From Candidatus Iainarchaeum sp. (GTDB lineage: Archaea > Iainarchaeota > Iainarchaeia > Iainarchaeales > DTGL01), in NCBI GenBank assembly GCA_038886995.1, contig JAWALG010000005.1, positions 1 through 42,673 on the forward strand: a DNA stretch of 42,673 nucleotides, given 5' to 3'. Shown here piece by piece: positions 27,031 to 36,054 of this stretch (positions are counted from its first letter, which is position 1; every line of letters starts with the position of its first letter). Below the pieces are notes generated by a model. It made no database searches, had not been told where the DNA came from, and saw nothing but the letters and a program-made list of their open reading frames with translations. Position numbers and translations under genes: made by a program.

Positions 27031-27795
27031 TTGGAGAAGTGGCCTGAGCCAAATGAGGTTGTGGTTATAAAAATAACAAAGGTTTTGCCTTACGGTGCTT
27101 TCGCTGACCTTTTGGACTACCCAAATGTGCAAGGCTTTGTGCATATTTCACAGGTTGCATCACGATGGATAAAAAATATAAGAAACCATGTTAGGCCAAA
27201 CCAGCTCAGGGCTGCACAAGTAATAAGGACTGATAAGGAAAAGCTTCAAGTGGATCTTTCGCTAATAAAAGTATCAGAATCACAACAAAAGGCCAAGATT
27301 GAGGAATGGGAACAAGCTAAAAGGGCTAAGAAAATACTTGAGATATTTGCAAAGCAGAGAAAAATGAACTTTGAAACTGCATGTAAAAAGATAGCTGAGC
27401 CGCTCGAAGAAAAACATGGCAGCTTAATGAACGCATTCCAAGAAGCGCTTGTTTCTGGCAAGAGTGCTCTTGATTGTCTGCCAGAAGAGCTTGTAGAGCC
27501 ACTTCTTGAACATATTAAAAAGAGCATAACAGTACCTGAGAAGGAAGTGACAAAAGTTGTGAGAATAAAGAGCTATGAAGCGGATGCCATACTAAAAATA
27601 AAAAGTGCATTCAAGGAGTTATTGAAACAGGAAAAATACTCAAAGATAAAAGCAACTTATATTGGCGGTGGCAAATACCATCTCTCCAACAGAGCCCCAG
27701 ATTACAAGAGCGCAGATAAAGTGCTTACAGCATTTGCTGAGGAGCTCGTAAAGAACATTGAAAAGAGCGGCGGCATTGCCACAATTGAGAAATAG
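27031..27795 (+). CDS. eif2a: Translation initiation factor aIF2 alpha
   Basis: WPE..E.V, YGAF, HISQVASRWIKNIR, VDLSL and APDYK motifs. Confidence 0.94.
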   Translation: MEKWPEPNEVVVIKITKVLPYGAFADLLDYPNVQGFVHISQVASRWIKNIRNHVRPNQLRAAQVIRTDKEKLQVDLSLIKVSESQQKAKIEEWEQAKRAKKILEIFAKQRKMNFETACKKIAEPLEEKHGSLMNAFQEALVSGKSALDCLPEELVEPLLEHIKKSITVPEKEVTKVVRIKSYEADAILKIKSAFKELLKQEKYSKIKATYIGGGKYHLSNRAPDYKSADKVLTAFAEELVKNIEKSGGIATIEK

Positions 27796-27813
27796 AATGC
27801 CAAAGGTTTTTTT

Positions 27814-28599
27814 ATGAATACAAGGGTTGAATTTGTTTGGGAAAAAAGGAAATTAAATAACGCGGTGCTTTTCACCGGTTTGCCAGGCATCGGCCTTGTT
27901 GGCAAGATAGCAACAGATTATGCACTAAAAAAATTAGGTGCTGAGAAAATAGCTAATGTTTATTCTGACTCTTTTCCGCCAAGTGTTTATATAAACAATG
28001 GTATAGCCGACCTTATAAAAGATGAGATTTTCCTTTACACCATGAAGAATCGGGACTTTCTTTTCTTAGCAGGGCCTGTGCAGCCAGCTCTTGATCCAAG
28101 AATCACAAATGTTAATGATCACTATGAGTTTGCAGAAGCAATAGTTAAGGTTGCAAAGGACCTCGGCGTTAAAGAGGTCTACACATTGGCAGGTATCAAT
28201 ATAGGCGATGCGCGTCTTAACCACGAACCAAAGGTAGTTGTGGCAGCCACTGATAAGAAAACACTCGAAAGCTTTAAGAAGCTCGGGGCAAAAACAGGTA
28301 TGAACAATGGCTTGGTTTCAGGTGCGGCTGGGCTTATCTTAGGCATTGCTGCAAAGAATGGCATGAAAGGTGCCTGCTTAATGGGCGAAACCAGCAGTAA
28401 GCTTATATATGGTGATCACGGCGCTGCTGAGAAAATTCTGGAGCTTCTCATAAAGAGGTATGGCTTTAAGATAGACATGAAAGAAATTGCAAAAGAGTCA
28501 AAAAGCATTGATAATGCATTCAAGCAGATAATGAATGAGCTATCAACAAAAAGCGTTAGCGAAACGGAAAAGGAAGAAAACCCGACCTATGTAAGGTAA
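27814..28599 (+). CDS. Proteasome assembly chaperone family protein (PAC2/PbaB-like)
   Basis: GLPGIGLVGKI, FPP, SGAAGLILG and CLMGET motifs; conserved position after aIF2alpha. Confidence 0.9.
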   Translation: MNTRVEFVWEKRKLNNAVLFTGLPGIGLVGKIATDYALKKLGAEKIANVYSDSFPPSVYINNGIADLIKDEIFLYTMKNRDFLFLAGPVQPALDPRITNVNDHYEFAEAIVKVAKDLGVKEVYTLAGINIGDARLNHEPKVVVAATDKKTLESFKKLGAKTGMNNGLVSGAAGLILGIAAKNGMKGACLMGETSSKLIYGDHGAAEKILELLIKRYGFKIDMKEIAKESKSIDNAFKQIMNELSTKSVSETEKEENPTYVR

Positions 28600-28606
28600 A
28601 AATGCT

Positions 28607-29875
28607 TTAAAACTCTGCAAGCGTTTTCTGCCCTCTGAAAGTGCTGTTGCACTCAAGTACATCCTTTAATTCAAGCTTTTTTAACTCAAGTTCTTCGCGT
28701 GAAGAGCATATTATTGGTTCACCATACTTTCCACCACCACCGCTTATGTAAAGCACATTGCCTTGTCTAAAGGCATCAATGTGCATTGCAACTTTTTCGT
28801 TTATTCTATCAATCTCTGAGAGCTGTGCATCCAAAAGGACCTTTATCTCTGAGCCAAATGTGCCTACAAGCTCTTGCCATACTGACTGCACAGAATCGCT
28901 ATTTATGTTTTGGGCCTTTGTTGCAATCATTATTATTTCAGCAAGCGGTATTATGTGCAAGTATGGCGCTCTAAATTCTGGGTGCACTTCTTCCTTGAAA
29001 TCAGCAAGCTCAATAATCCTGTCCCTGACGCCTTTCTTTATTGTTCCTTTGCACCTTGGGCATCTCCAATTTAGGCCTTTGGCACTCTCAATTGAATACT
29101 TTGAATAGCATTTATTGCATGCTGTACAATGATATTTACCTTCTCTTGGATCGAGGCCTACATTAAGCTTTACCATATCGCGCTTTTTTGTAAAAACTTT
29201 CTTAAGTTCTTCAAAGCATGGCTTTTTGAGTTCAATCCTTGTGAATTCTCTGCCTAAACGATGAGGCCACGGCGAATGTGCATCGCTGCATGTCAAAAAA
29301 ACCAAGTTATGGTTTGCTGAAATGAGGTCCGCGAAGTATGAATCAGCGCTGAGGCCAAGCTCCATAAATAATACATTTTTTGTTTGCATGCCATAACAGC
29401 TTTGTATGGAGTTAAAATGTGAATATACTGAATAATACGGCGTAAATGCGTGTGCAGGACCTATTATGCCATCAGCTTCTTCTATAATCCCTGCGAGCTT
29501 CTCTGCATTGAGGTTGATGGAAGGCCTTCCAAAGCCATTTCCATCAAGCCTTCCATACACTGAGAGCTTTTTTCTCAAAAGTTCTACACTTTCAAAATTA
29601 GGCACAAAAAAGAGGTGATGAACATTTGAAGAGTCGTTTATCTCTCCGCCAAGGATGTAGTAAACATCAATTTTTTTGTCCCTGAAGCAGCCGTCTTCCT
29701 CGCGGAGGTTTTCCTTGAGATGCTTAAGCCACTCTTTGTTAAGAACATCCCCTGTTGCAATTAAATCAAGGCCTTTCAGCTTTGCTTGCATTGAGATCTC
29801 AGGCAGAAGCATGTTTTTGCTTACGCCTCCGGAATATGGGCTGTGTATGTGCAGGTCACAGTCATACAGCTTCAT
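28607..29875 (-). CDS. TIGR00375 family PHP phosphoesterase with Zn ribbon (EndoQ-like)
   Basis: DLHIHS, PAHAFTP, ELGLSAD, SDAHS, GREF, GKYH..AC..C...CPRC and KGVRDR motifs. Confidence 0.9.
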   Translation of the reverse strand: MKLYDCDLHIHSPYSGGVSKNMLLPEISMQAKLKGLDLIATGDVLNKEWLKHLKENLREEDGCFRDKKIDVYYILGGEINDSSNVHHLFFVPNFESVELLRKKLSVYGRLDGNGFGRPSINLNAEKLAGIIEEADGIIGPAHAFTPYYSVYSHFNSIQSCYGMQTKNVLFMELGLSADSYFADLISANHNLVFLTCSDAHSPWPHRLGREFTRIELKKPCFEELKKVFTKKRDMVKLNVGLDPREGKYHCTACNKCYSKYSIESAKGLNWRCPRCKGTIKKGVRDRIIELADFKEEVHPEFRAPYLHIIPLAEIIMIATKAQNINSDSVQSVWQELVGTFGSEIKVLLDAQLSEIDRINEKVAMHIDAFRQGNVLYISGGGGKYGEPIICSSREELELKKLELKDVLECNSTFRGQKTLAEF

Positions 29876-29953
29876 TACATCACACAAAAGCCTAATTAAT
29901 ATGAATGTATAAAAAAAGAATTATTAAAGGAGACATTAAAGGAACATGGTTTT

Positions 29954-30988
29954 ATGGAAGAGGCAAGGTTTTATGAAAAGCTCAAAGATGCAAAGGTAAA
30001 GTGTACTGCATGCGCAAGATATTGCACAATAGAGCCAGGAAAGACCGGCTTTTGCCGTGTGAGGAAAAACATAGGCGGAAAGCTTTACTCTTTGGTTTAC
30101 AATAAGGCACTTACACAGACACCCGATCCAATTGAAAAAAAGCCGATTTACAATTTCATGCCAGGAACTTATTGCAGTAGCATCAGCACATATGGGTGCA
30201 ATTTTAAATGCCTTTTTTGCCAGAATTTCGAACTTTCACAGGAATTTATAGAAGAGGATATTCAAGCAGTCGAAGAGACAACGCCTGAAGAAATAGTGGA
30301 GAATACTCTTAGCAGAGGTTTGGACGGAATCTCTTATACCTATGTTGAGCCAACTGTTTTTATTGAATACGCGATTGACATAATGAAGATTGCAAAAAAG
30401 CATGGCCTTTACAATGTTTGGGTAAGCAATGGCTACATGAGCAAAGAATCTATCAAGGAGCTCTGCAAATACTTAGATGCAGCAAATATTGACCTCAAAG
30501 GTGATGCTAAATTTTACAGAATATTATGTGGCAATGCAGAAATTGAAGTTGTTAAAAGGAATATTGAAGTGCTTTTTGAGTCTGGTGTGCATGTTGAGGT
30601 TACAAACCTTGTTGTTCCAGGCAGCAATGACTCAAGAGAATCCCTAAAAGATGTTTGCTCTTTTGTCTCAGGCCTTAGCAAAGATGTGCCTTTGCACTTT
30701 TCCAGGTTTTTCCCTAATTACAAAATGCTTGATGTAAAACCAACGCCAATTGAGACGCTTAACGAAGCTTACAATATTGCGAAATCATTCGGTCTTAATT
30801 ATGTTTACATTGGGAATGTTGGTTCAGAGCAAAATACAATTTGCCCAAATTGTAGTGCTGTCGTAATAAAGAGGGCTGGTTATAATGTTGACATTGTTGG
30901 CTTGAGCAAAGAAGGCAAATGTAAGAGCTGTGGCTACAATTTAGGAATTAAGATGTCTAGAGCACCTAAAAAACCCCAAAGAATTTGA
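29954..30988 (+). CDS. amrS: AmmeMemoRadiSam system radical SAM enzyme (PflA-like)
   Basis: C..C...C, DPIEKKP, GCNFKCLFCQN, YTY.EP, NIDLK, PLHFSRFFP and YVYIGN motifs. Confidence 0.9.
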   Translation: MEEARFYEKLKDAKVKCTACARYCTIEPGKTGFCRVRKNIGGKLYSLVYNKALTQTPDPIEKKPIYNFMPGTYCSSISTYGCNFKCLFCQNFELSQEFIEEDIQAVEETTPEEIVENTLSRGLDGISYTYVEPTVFIEYAIDIMKIAKKHGLYNVWVSNGYMSKESIKELCKYLDAANIDLKGDAKFYRILCGNAEIEVVKRNIEVLFESGVHVEVTNLVVPGSNDSRESLKDVCSFVSGLSKDVPLHFSRFFPNYKMLDVKPTPIETLNEAYNIAKSFGLNYVYIGNVGSEQNTICPNCSAVVIKRAGYNVDIVGLSKEGKCKSCGYNLGIKMSRAPKKPQRI

Positions 30989-31328
30989 GAACAAGCATCG
31001 CACCCACGCCAGCAAGGCCAAAAATAGCGCTCACGATAAGGCCTGCAACCAAGGGTAGTTCTATGTTAAATGCGAATTTTATAATAGCCCAAGCAATTAA
31101 ACCAAGCAAGGAGTTTATAATTATCTTCTTTATAAAGAAAATAACTGCTACTGCTGCAATTATCATCACTATGCCTATTGCAAGGATTTCTGGTTTTCCA
31201 GCAAAACTGCTGGCCATTTCACCGGCATGCTGAGCTACTGATGCACCTGCTTCAGACATGCCTTTCACTTTGTCAGACACTGTTGTGCTCAGATCAAGCA
31301 GAATAAAGCAACAATTTATGTTATTCAT
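30966..31328 (-). CDS. Small membrane protein (BofA-like)
   Basis: KKIIINSLLGLI...SAIFGLAGVG hydrophobic pattern; start uncertain. Confidence 0.6.
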   Translation of the reverse strand: MNNINCCFILLDLSTTVSDKVKGMSEAGASVAQHAGEMASSFAGKPEILAIGIVMIIAAVAVIFFIKKIIINSLLGLIAWAIIKFAFNIELPLVAGLIVSAIFGLAGVGAMLVLKFFGVF

Positions 31329-31394
31329 ATATACAAAAGTGTATAAGTAAATGTTTTAAAGTGTTTTCAACGCTACTTCTATGTGGTGATTTTT

Positions 31395-32096
31395 GTGGCG
31401 ATTCTAAGCTGGTTTCAGATAAAGATAGCCAAGGAACTTCTTGAAGGGCCTATGAGCATCCAGGATCTTTCGAAAGCGGTTGGTGAAAGCCCATTGGATG
31501 TTGAAAAAGCATTGAAACAAATGATTGAACTGAAACTTGCTAGTGAAAAAGCCGGCATGTTTTACATTTCGGAGGAAATAAAAAAAGAACTTCTTAACAA
31601 GAGAGAGTTAGCCGAGCAGGAAAAGCCGAAAATTGATATTCAGGCATACATTGAGGTAAAGGGTCTTAACAGGAAAGCTGCGTTGCAGCAAATGAAGGAA
31701 ATTGAAAAGGCACTTAAGGCGCAAGATGCCTTTGTTTTGTATTCAAGCAGCATTATTGAACCAGAAAAGCAGGAAGACCTTTACATAGGGCATCTTGACA
31801 TCACAATTGGCTTTAAGAGTATTACCTCTTTGGTTCAGTTCATGTATTTGTATGGCCCAAGCGTTGTTGAAGTGATAAAGCCACCAAAGGCCGAGTTTAC
31901 TGCCTTTGACCTTCAAGAAGCCCTGAACCACATGGCTGAGTACATATTCAAGTACAATGTTTACCTTGAAAAGAACTTTAAGAAGGCAGATATTGAGCGC
32001 TTTTATGCTTCACTTTTCCAAAAGCCGGGTTTCAGGTTAGGGAAAAATGAAGGGTGTGTTTCGCAAATTGACGAAACCAATTTCAACAATATATAG
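31395..32096 (+). CDS. Hypothetical protein: N-terminal winged-HTH plus uncharacterised alpha/beta domain
   Basis: LLEGPMSIQDLSKAVGES...VEKALKQM (wHTH) and FMYLYGPSVVEVIKP; GGTGA SD then GTG 31395. Confidence 0.65.
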   Translation: MAILSWFQIKIAKELLEGPMSIQDLSKAVGESPLDVEKALKQMIELKLASEKAGMFYISEEIKKELLNKRELAEQEKPKIDIQAYIEVKGLNRKAALQQMKEIEKALKAQDAFVLYSSSIIEPEKQEDLYIGHLDITIGFKSITSLVQFMYLYGPSVVEVIKPPKAEFTAFDLQEALNHMAEYIFKYNVYLEKNFKKADIERFYASLFQKPGFRLGKNEGCVSQIDETNFNNI

Positions 32097-32143
32097 AATT
32101 TTATGCCCTAATTTTGGGCAAAAACCTTGCTAAAAGGCAGAAA

Positions 32144-32162
32144 AACGAAAGATATTTAAATA
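32144..32162 (+). promoter_or_regulatory. Archaeal promoter (BRE plus TATA) of the S-layer gene
   Basis: aacgaaagata-TTTAAATA, about 23 nt upstream of the hairpin that would begin the transcript. Confidence 0.75.
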
Positions 32163-32184
32163 AAGCACAGCATAGTAAAGATAA

Positions 32185-32216
32185 AGCCTTCTCCAAATAA
32201 CCTTTGAGAGAGGGCT
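32185..32216 (+). promoter_or_regulatory. 5'-UTR stem-loop of the S-layer mRNA
   Basis: agccttctccaaa-taacc-tttgagagagggct forms 13 pairs (one G-U, one bulge); strong SD GAGGTGA at 32231-32237. Confidence 0.65.
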
Positions 32217-32245
32217 AAATGAACTAAGGTGAGGTGAAAAAAGCT

Positions 32246-34930
32246 ATGAAAAGAATGAATGTGAAGAGGCTAGCAGCTTTGGGTGCTGGAATAGCACTGC
32301 TTGGAACCGCTTTAGCACCGGTTGTTTCAGCGATATCCTTGACAAGAAGCGATGTTATCAACGCAAATGGCTCTCCAGTTTATGACATTGTTGTCGGGCC
32401 AAAAGCAAGCAGCGACGCACTCTGGGCAGGAAACATTGCAGCGAAGTTGGCACAGCTTGCTTACACAGATAGTGCTGTAACATGTACAATTGACAGAAGC
32501 TCAATTGGCGGCGGCGAAGAAGTAAGGCCATCAGCAACAGTATCAGGCCTTAGCGTTGAACTCGTAGTAGGCGGCGAAACAACATACGGCGAAGACGGCG
32601 TGAACTATAAGTATGAATTGGAAGTGGATTCTAGTACTAAAGAAACATTGAATCCAGCAGAGCTCGGTAACTCAAGACTTTCCTCGTTGCTTGATACTAC
32701 ATGGAAATACACAAAAGATGGTCGCCAGTACGACATGGATATAAAAGAAAAGCTACAGATTAGGCCAGATTTGCTTTTCGAAGAAAGCAAGGAAGTCAAG
32801 GACCTAGTACTTTATCTTGACTCTGAGAAAGACTTTGTGTATAGCGTTACCCTGAACCCAGGAATTCCATTCGACTTTAATAAGGACAGCAGAAATACAA
32901 TATACGTGCCCTTGCTGGGCGGTGGTAGTCCTGAAGGTAAGTACACTGTGCAAAAGGTAAATAGCAATGGCACTGAAATTACCCTTATATCTGAAGAAGC
33001 CAAAAAGACACTTACGGCAGGTAGTGCTGATGACAAGATCACAGGTCTTGAGGGGAAAGGGCGTTATGCAGGTAAGGCATTAACACTGAAGTTTGTTTCT
33101 TTGACTAAGCACGCATACCTTGGCACGAGTACTGTTACTTATAAAGGTACATTCCATTTGCTTGACCCAGAAAACAATTTAATAGCAGAAGCTACAGATG
33201 TAGAAGCAGGCGAATTCCTTGATCAGAGGATATACGTTAGCGGCGAAAACCCCTTAGCAACTTCAGTGTATGTGGATAGCCTTTTCGAGCAGGTTGTGGA
33301 CGGCTCCAACAAAGCAACAATCACAGTAGGGCCAGGTACAGTAAAACTTGTGCATGGTGAAAAGTATCCTTATGATGAAACAGTGACTTCTTCGAGCCAG
33401 AAGTATTGGAAAGCTGAGTTTGTTTATGGCGATTCTGATGGTGATGGTGCAAACGACACCATAACAGGCTATAGCATCTACAACGCTGCTGTTGAGGGCT
33501 ACAGCAAGTGGAACTGGAAGATGCCAGTTTACGCTAAGAAGAACAGCTTAACAGGAAACGGTGCAAAGAGCGAAGCAGTGTTCTTGAACGGCGAACCAAA
33601 TGCGCCGGGATATGGCCGTTTCAAAGTTGTGTTTGACGGCTTTGTAACAAAGCCATCATCAGAACTAACGATAAAAGACCACAAGATATACTACACTGAT
33701 GACGATGATACCAGGCACGAGATACCACTATATATTGGCGGTTTATCTAGCACAACTGAGCAGACATTTACCTTTGACAGGCGTGGTACTCAGAAGTACT
33801 ATTTCAGAATGAGGTACACTGACCAGCAAAACCACGAAGGTTGTTTCGAGATAGTTGGTGCACCTTTAAGCGGTACTCTCGACTGCGATAGTGCAACAGC
33901 AACTTTCGACGCCACAGGTGGCACTTACTATGATGAACTTCCTTTCGACTTAGAGGGCGACAACGGCAAATATAAATACTACTGGTATTACTCGACAGTG
34001 GATAGATCTGTATGGTTGCTCTTAAAGAAACAGGTATTCAAAGGAAAAGGCGGTTATGAGTTGGAATTCAAGGGCACAGATACTACTGAGGACTTAGATG
34101 ATGGTTTAGAGTACCTCTTTTACATGCCAAATAGGCGAGAGTTTGGCGGTGGTAAGAGCGGTGAGTTCTATACTGCGGTGTTTGAGCTTACCGAGCCAGA
34201 TAATGACGGTAAAGGTACAATCTATATAGACACTAGAGACGGCAGCTTGGCACCATTCGGCAACTCAAACTACAGCGTGACAGGTAGCGAGTTTAAATAC
34301 ACCAGGAGTACACAAAAGTTTGACCTTACGCAGGACGACCCATCCTACAACCTACAGAAAGCTTATTCTGATTACGGCAGCGAATTTGACATAAGCAACG
34401 ACTACTTCTGGGCAAGAATTCCAGAGGACCGGCTCAAAGCAAGGGTCTATGTGGTAGGTCCTCAGGGTGAAACTACAATTGTTGTTGGCGGCGAAACAAT
34501 TCTCTTGAACGAAGGCGAAGAGAGGATAACAAGCGCAGGTACAAGGATTACAGCGAAGAAGATAAACTACAACGTTTCAGTTACACCAACAGTTTGTCCT
34601 GCTGGCGGTGTTGTAGTAGAGAACATAAAGGCCACACCAAGCATAAGCACAGCCAAGAGGATTGTGCCTGTTGGACAGCTTGTCTTCACACACGATGCTG
34701 CACTAAGCGGAAAGCCAAAGATAATTGTCGGTGGTTGGAAAGTTAACAGGTATGCACAAGACATAACCCTCAGTGACGGCAAGAAGCTTACAGAGAGATT
34801 GACAGCCAGAGGCGACTACGTGGTTGACAAGCTCAGCGACGGCAGCATAATTGTTGCTGGTTACACAGCAGCAGACACAGAAGCAGCGGCAAGAGAGCTC
34901 ATAAGAGAGCTTGACAGGCTGTTAGGCTAA
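32246..34930 (+). CDS. S-layer protein (S_layer_N/S_layer_C-type termini with a large central insert)
   Basis: MKRMNVKRLAALGAG signal; IVVG..A..D...A..IA; C-terminal IIVGG..VN and IIVAGYTAADT..AA; strong promoter, SD and terminator. Confidence 0.88.
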   Translation: MKRMNVKRLAALGAGIALLGTALAPVVSAISLTRSDVINANGSPVYDIVVGPKASSDALWAGNIAAKLAQLAYTDSAVTCTIDRSSIGGGEEVRPSATVSGLSVELVVGGETTYGEDGVNYKYELEVDSSTKETLNPAELGNSRLSSLLDTTWKYTKDGRQYDMDIKEKLQIRPDLLFEESKEVKDLVLYLDSEKDFVYSVTLNPGIPFDFNKDSRNTIYVPLLGGGSPEGKYTVQKVNSNGTEITLISEEAKKTLTAGSADDKITGLEGKGRYAGKALTLKFVSLTKHAYLGTSTVTYKGTFHLLDPENNLIAEATDVEAGEFLDQRIYVSGENPLATSVYVDSLFEQVVDGSNKATITVGPGTVKLVHGEKYPYDETVTSSSQKYWKAEFVYGDSDGDGANDTITGYSIYNAAVEGYSKWNWKMPVYAKKNSLTGNGAKSEAVFLNGEPNAPGYGRFKVVFDGFVTKPSSELTIKDHKIYYTDDDDTRHEIPLYIGGLSSTTEQTFTFDRRGTQKYYFRMRYTDQQNHEGCFEIVGAPLSGTLDCDSATATFDATGGTYYDELPFDLEGDNGKYKYYWYYSTVDRSVWLLLKKQVFKGKGGYELEFKGTDTTEDLDDGLEYLFYMPNRREFGGGKSGEFYTAVFELTEPDNDGKGTIYIDTRDGSLAPFGNSNYSVTGSEFKYTRSTQKFDLTQDDPSYNLQKAYSDYGSEFDISNDYFWARIPEDRLKARVYVVGPQGETTIVVGGETILLNEGEERITSAGTRITAKKINYNVSVTPTVCPAGGVVVENIKATPSISTAKRIVPVGQLVFTHDAALSGKPKIIVGGWKVNRYAQDITLSDGKKLTERLTARGDYVVDKLSDGSIIVAGYTAADTEAAARELIRELDRLLG

Positions 34931-34935
34931 ATAAA

Positions 34936-34980
34936 AAAGAAAGGCAATGCCTTTCTTTCTTTTTTTCTTTTTTATTTTTC
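34936..34980 (+). terminator. Hairpin plus oligo-T terminator after the S-layer gene
   Basis: aaagaaaggc-aat-gcctttcttt (10-bp stem) followed by ctttttttt ctttttt attttt. Confidence 0.85.
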
Positions 34981-35052
34981 TGCTTCTTATTGGTTAATTG
35001 TAATTTTTTGCTAGCAACAGGGTTTTAAACATTCTACACCTAAAAAAGATAA

Positions 35053-36054
35053 ATGCTTAGGAAAAATCTGCCAGAGATAAATGCTGAAAAAGCAGTCCAA
35101 AATTCAATAATTGCCCTTTTGTTTATCACCTCTTTTTTTGCAATTTTAATAAAGTTTAGTGGGGCCTTTCCAGAACTAATTAAAGCAGATTTTTTTCTTG
35201 TTCTTCTTTCATCATTATTTTTCATTGCTTCTGTTATAGTTTGGGTCATTGCATGGGCATTCGTTTTAAGAAAAGAGCGCATCTTAAGTTACAGCAACGC
35301 TGCCTTTCTCGGAATATCTTCAATGTTTGCGTCTTTTACTCCTATGCAGTTAGGCAACGATTTGCTTAGGGCTTTCCTTCTTAAAGAAGCCAAGGGCGTG
35401 CCAATGCACAAAGGCATTGGCGCAAGCATGCTGGTAAAAGGAATAAAGTTTCTCACTCTGGCTTTATTTTCTGTTTTTGCTTTACTCTTTTCAGCTCAGT
35501 TTCACTTGTTTGGAACTACACTTATGTTATTTTTTGTGATAGGTCTTATTGCAATTATCTTATCCGCAGCAATTCTTCTTCTGCCCATAAATAAAATGGC
35601 GAACAAGGCAATACTTTCCTTTCTTAGTAATGTATCATTGAGATTTAGACCTCTGTCTGGGTTGGATCATCTATTCGCAGATTACTCTTATTTTTTAAGT
35701 CGTGACGCATCTCTCATGCCAAAAATATTTGTTTTTTGCATAATTGCCTTATTTTTTGAATTTCTGTGCTTTATTTTTTCAGCTTTTGCTATTGGTATTT
35801 ATCCGGCCTTTGATACCATTCTCTTACTTTTTTTTGCGATTGCTCTGCTTGAGAGAGTCCCTTTTACTCCACGAGGCGTTGGGCTAGTTGAAACAGCAAT
35901 GTATCTTTTCTTATCAGGAAGCTTGCAGGTGGACCAAGCAAAAATAATTTCATTCATTGCAATATTTGACTTCGCCAGGATAATTCTGCCAACAACAATC
36001 TCATTAATTGTCTTTTTAGCAACACGTAGAAAAGGCCTATTTAGGCAAAAATAA
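35053..36054 (+). CDS. Lysylphosphatidylglycerol synthase-like TM / putative flippase (UPF0104)
   Basis: FTPMQLGND..R and PFTPRGVGLVE motifs; multiple TM helices. Confidence 0.8.
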   Translation: MLRKNLPEINAEKAVQNSIIALLFITSFFAILIKFSGAFPELIKADFFLVLLSSLFFIASVIVWVIAWAFVLRKERILSYSNAAFLGISSMFASFTPMQLGNDLLRAFLLKEAKGVPMHKGIGASMLVKGIKFLTLALFSVFALLFSAQFHLFGTTLMLFFVIGLIAIILSAAILLLPINKMANKAILSFLSNVSLRFRPLSGLDHLFADYSYFLSRDASLMPKIFVFCIIALFFEFLCFIFSAFAIGIYPAFDTILLLFFAIALLERVPFTPRGVGLVETAMYLFLSGSLQVDQAKIISFIAIFDFARIILPTTISLIVFLATRRKGLFRQK

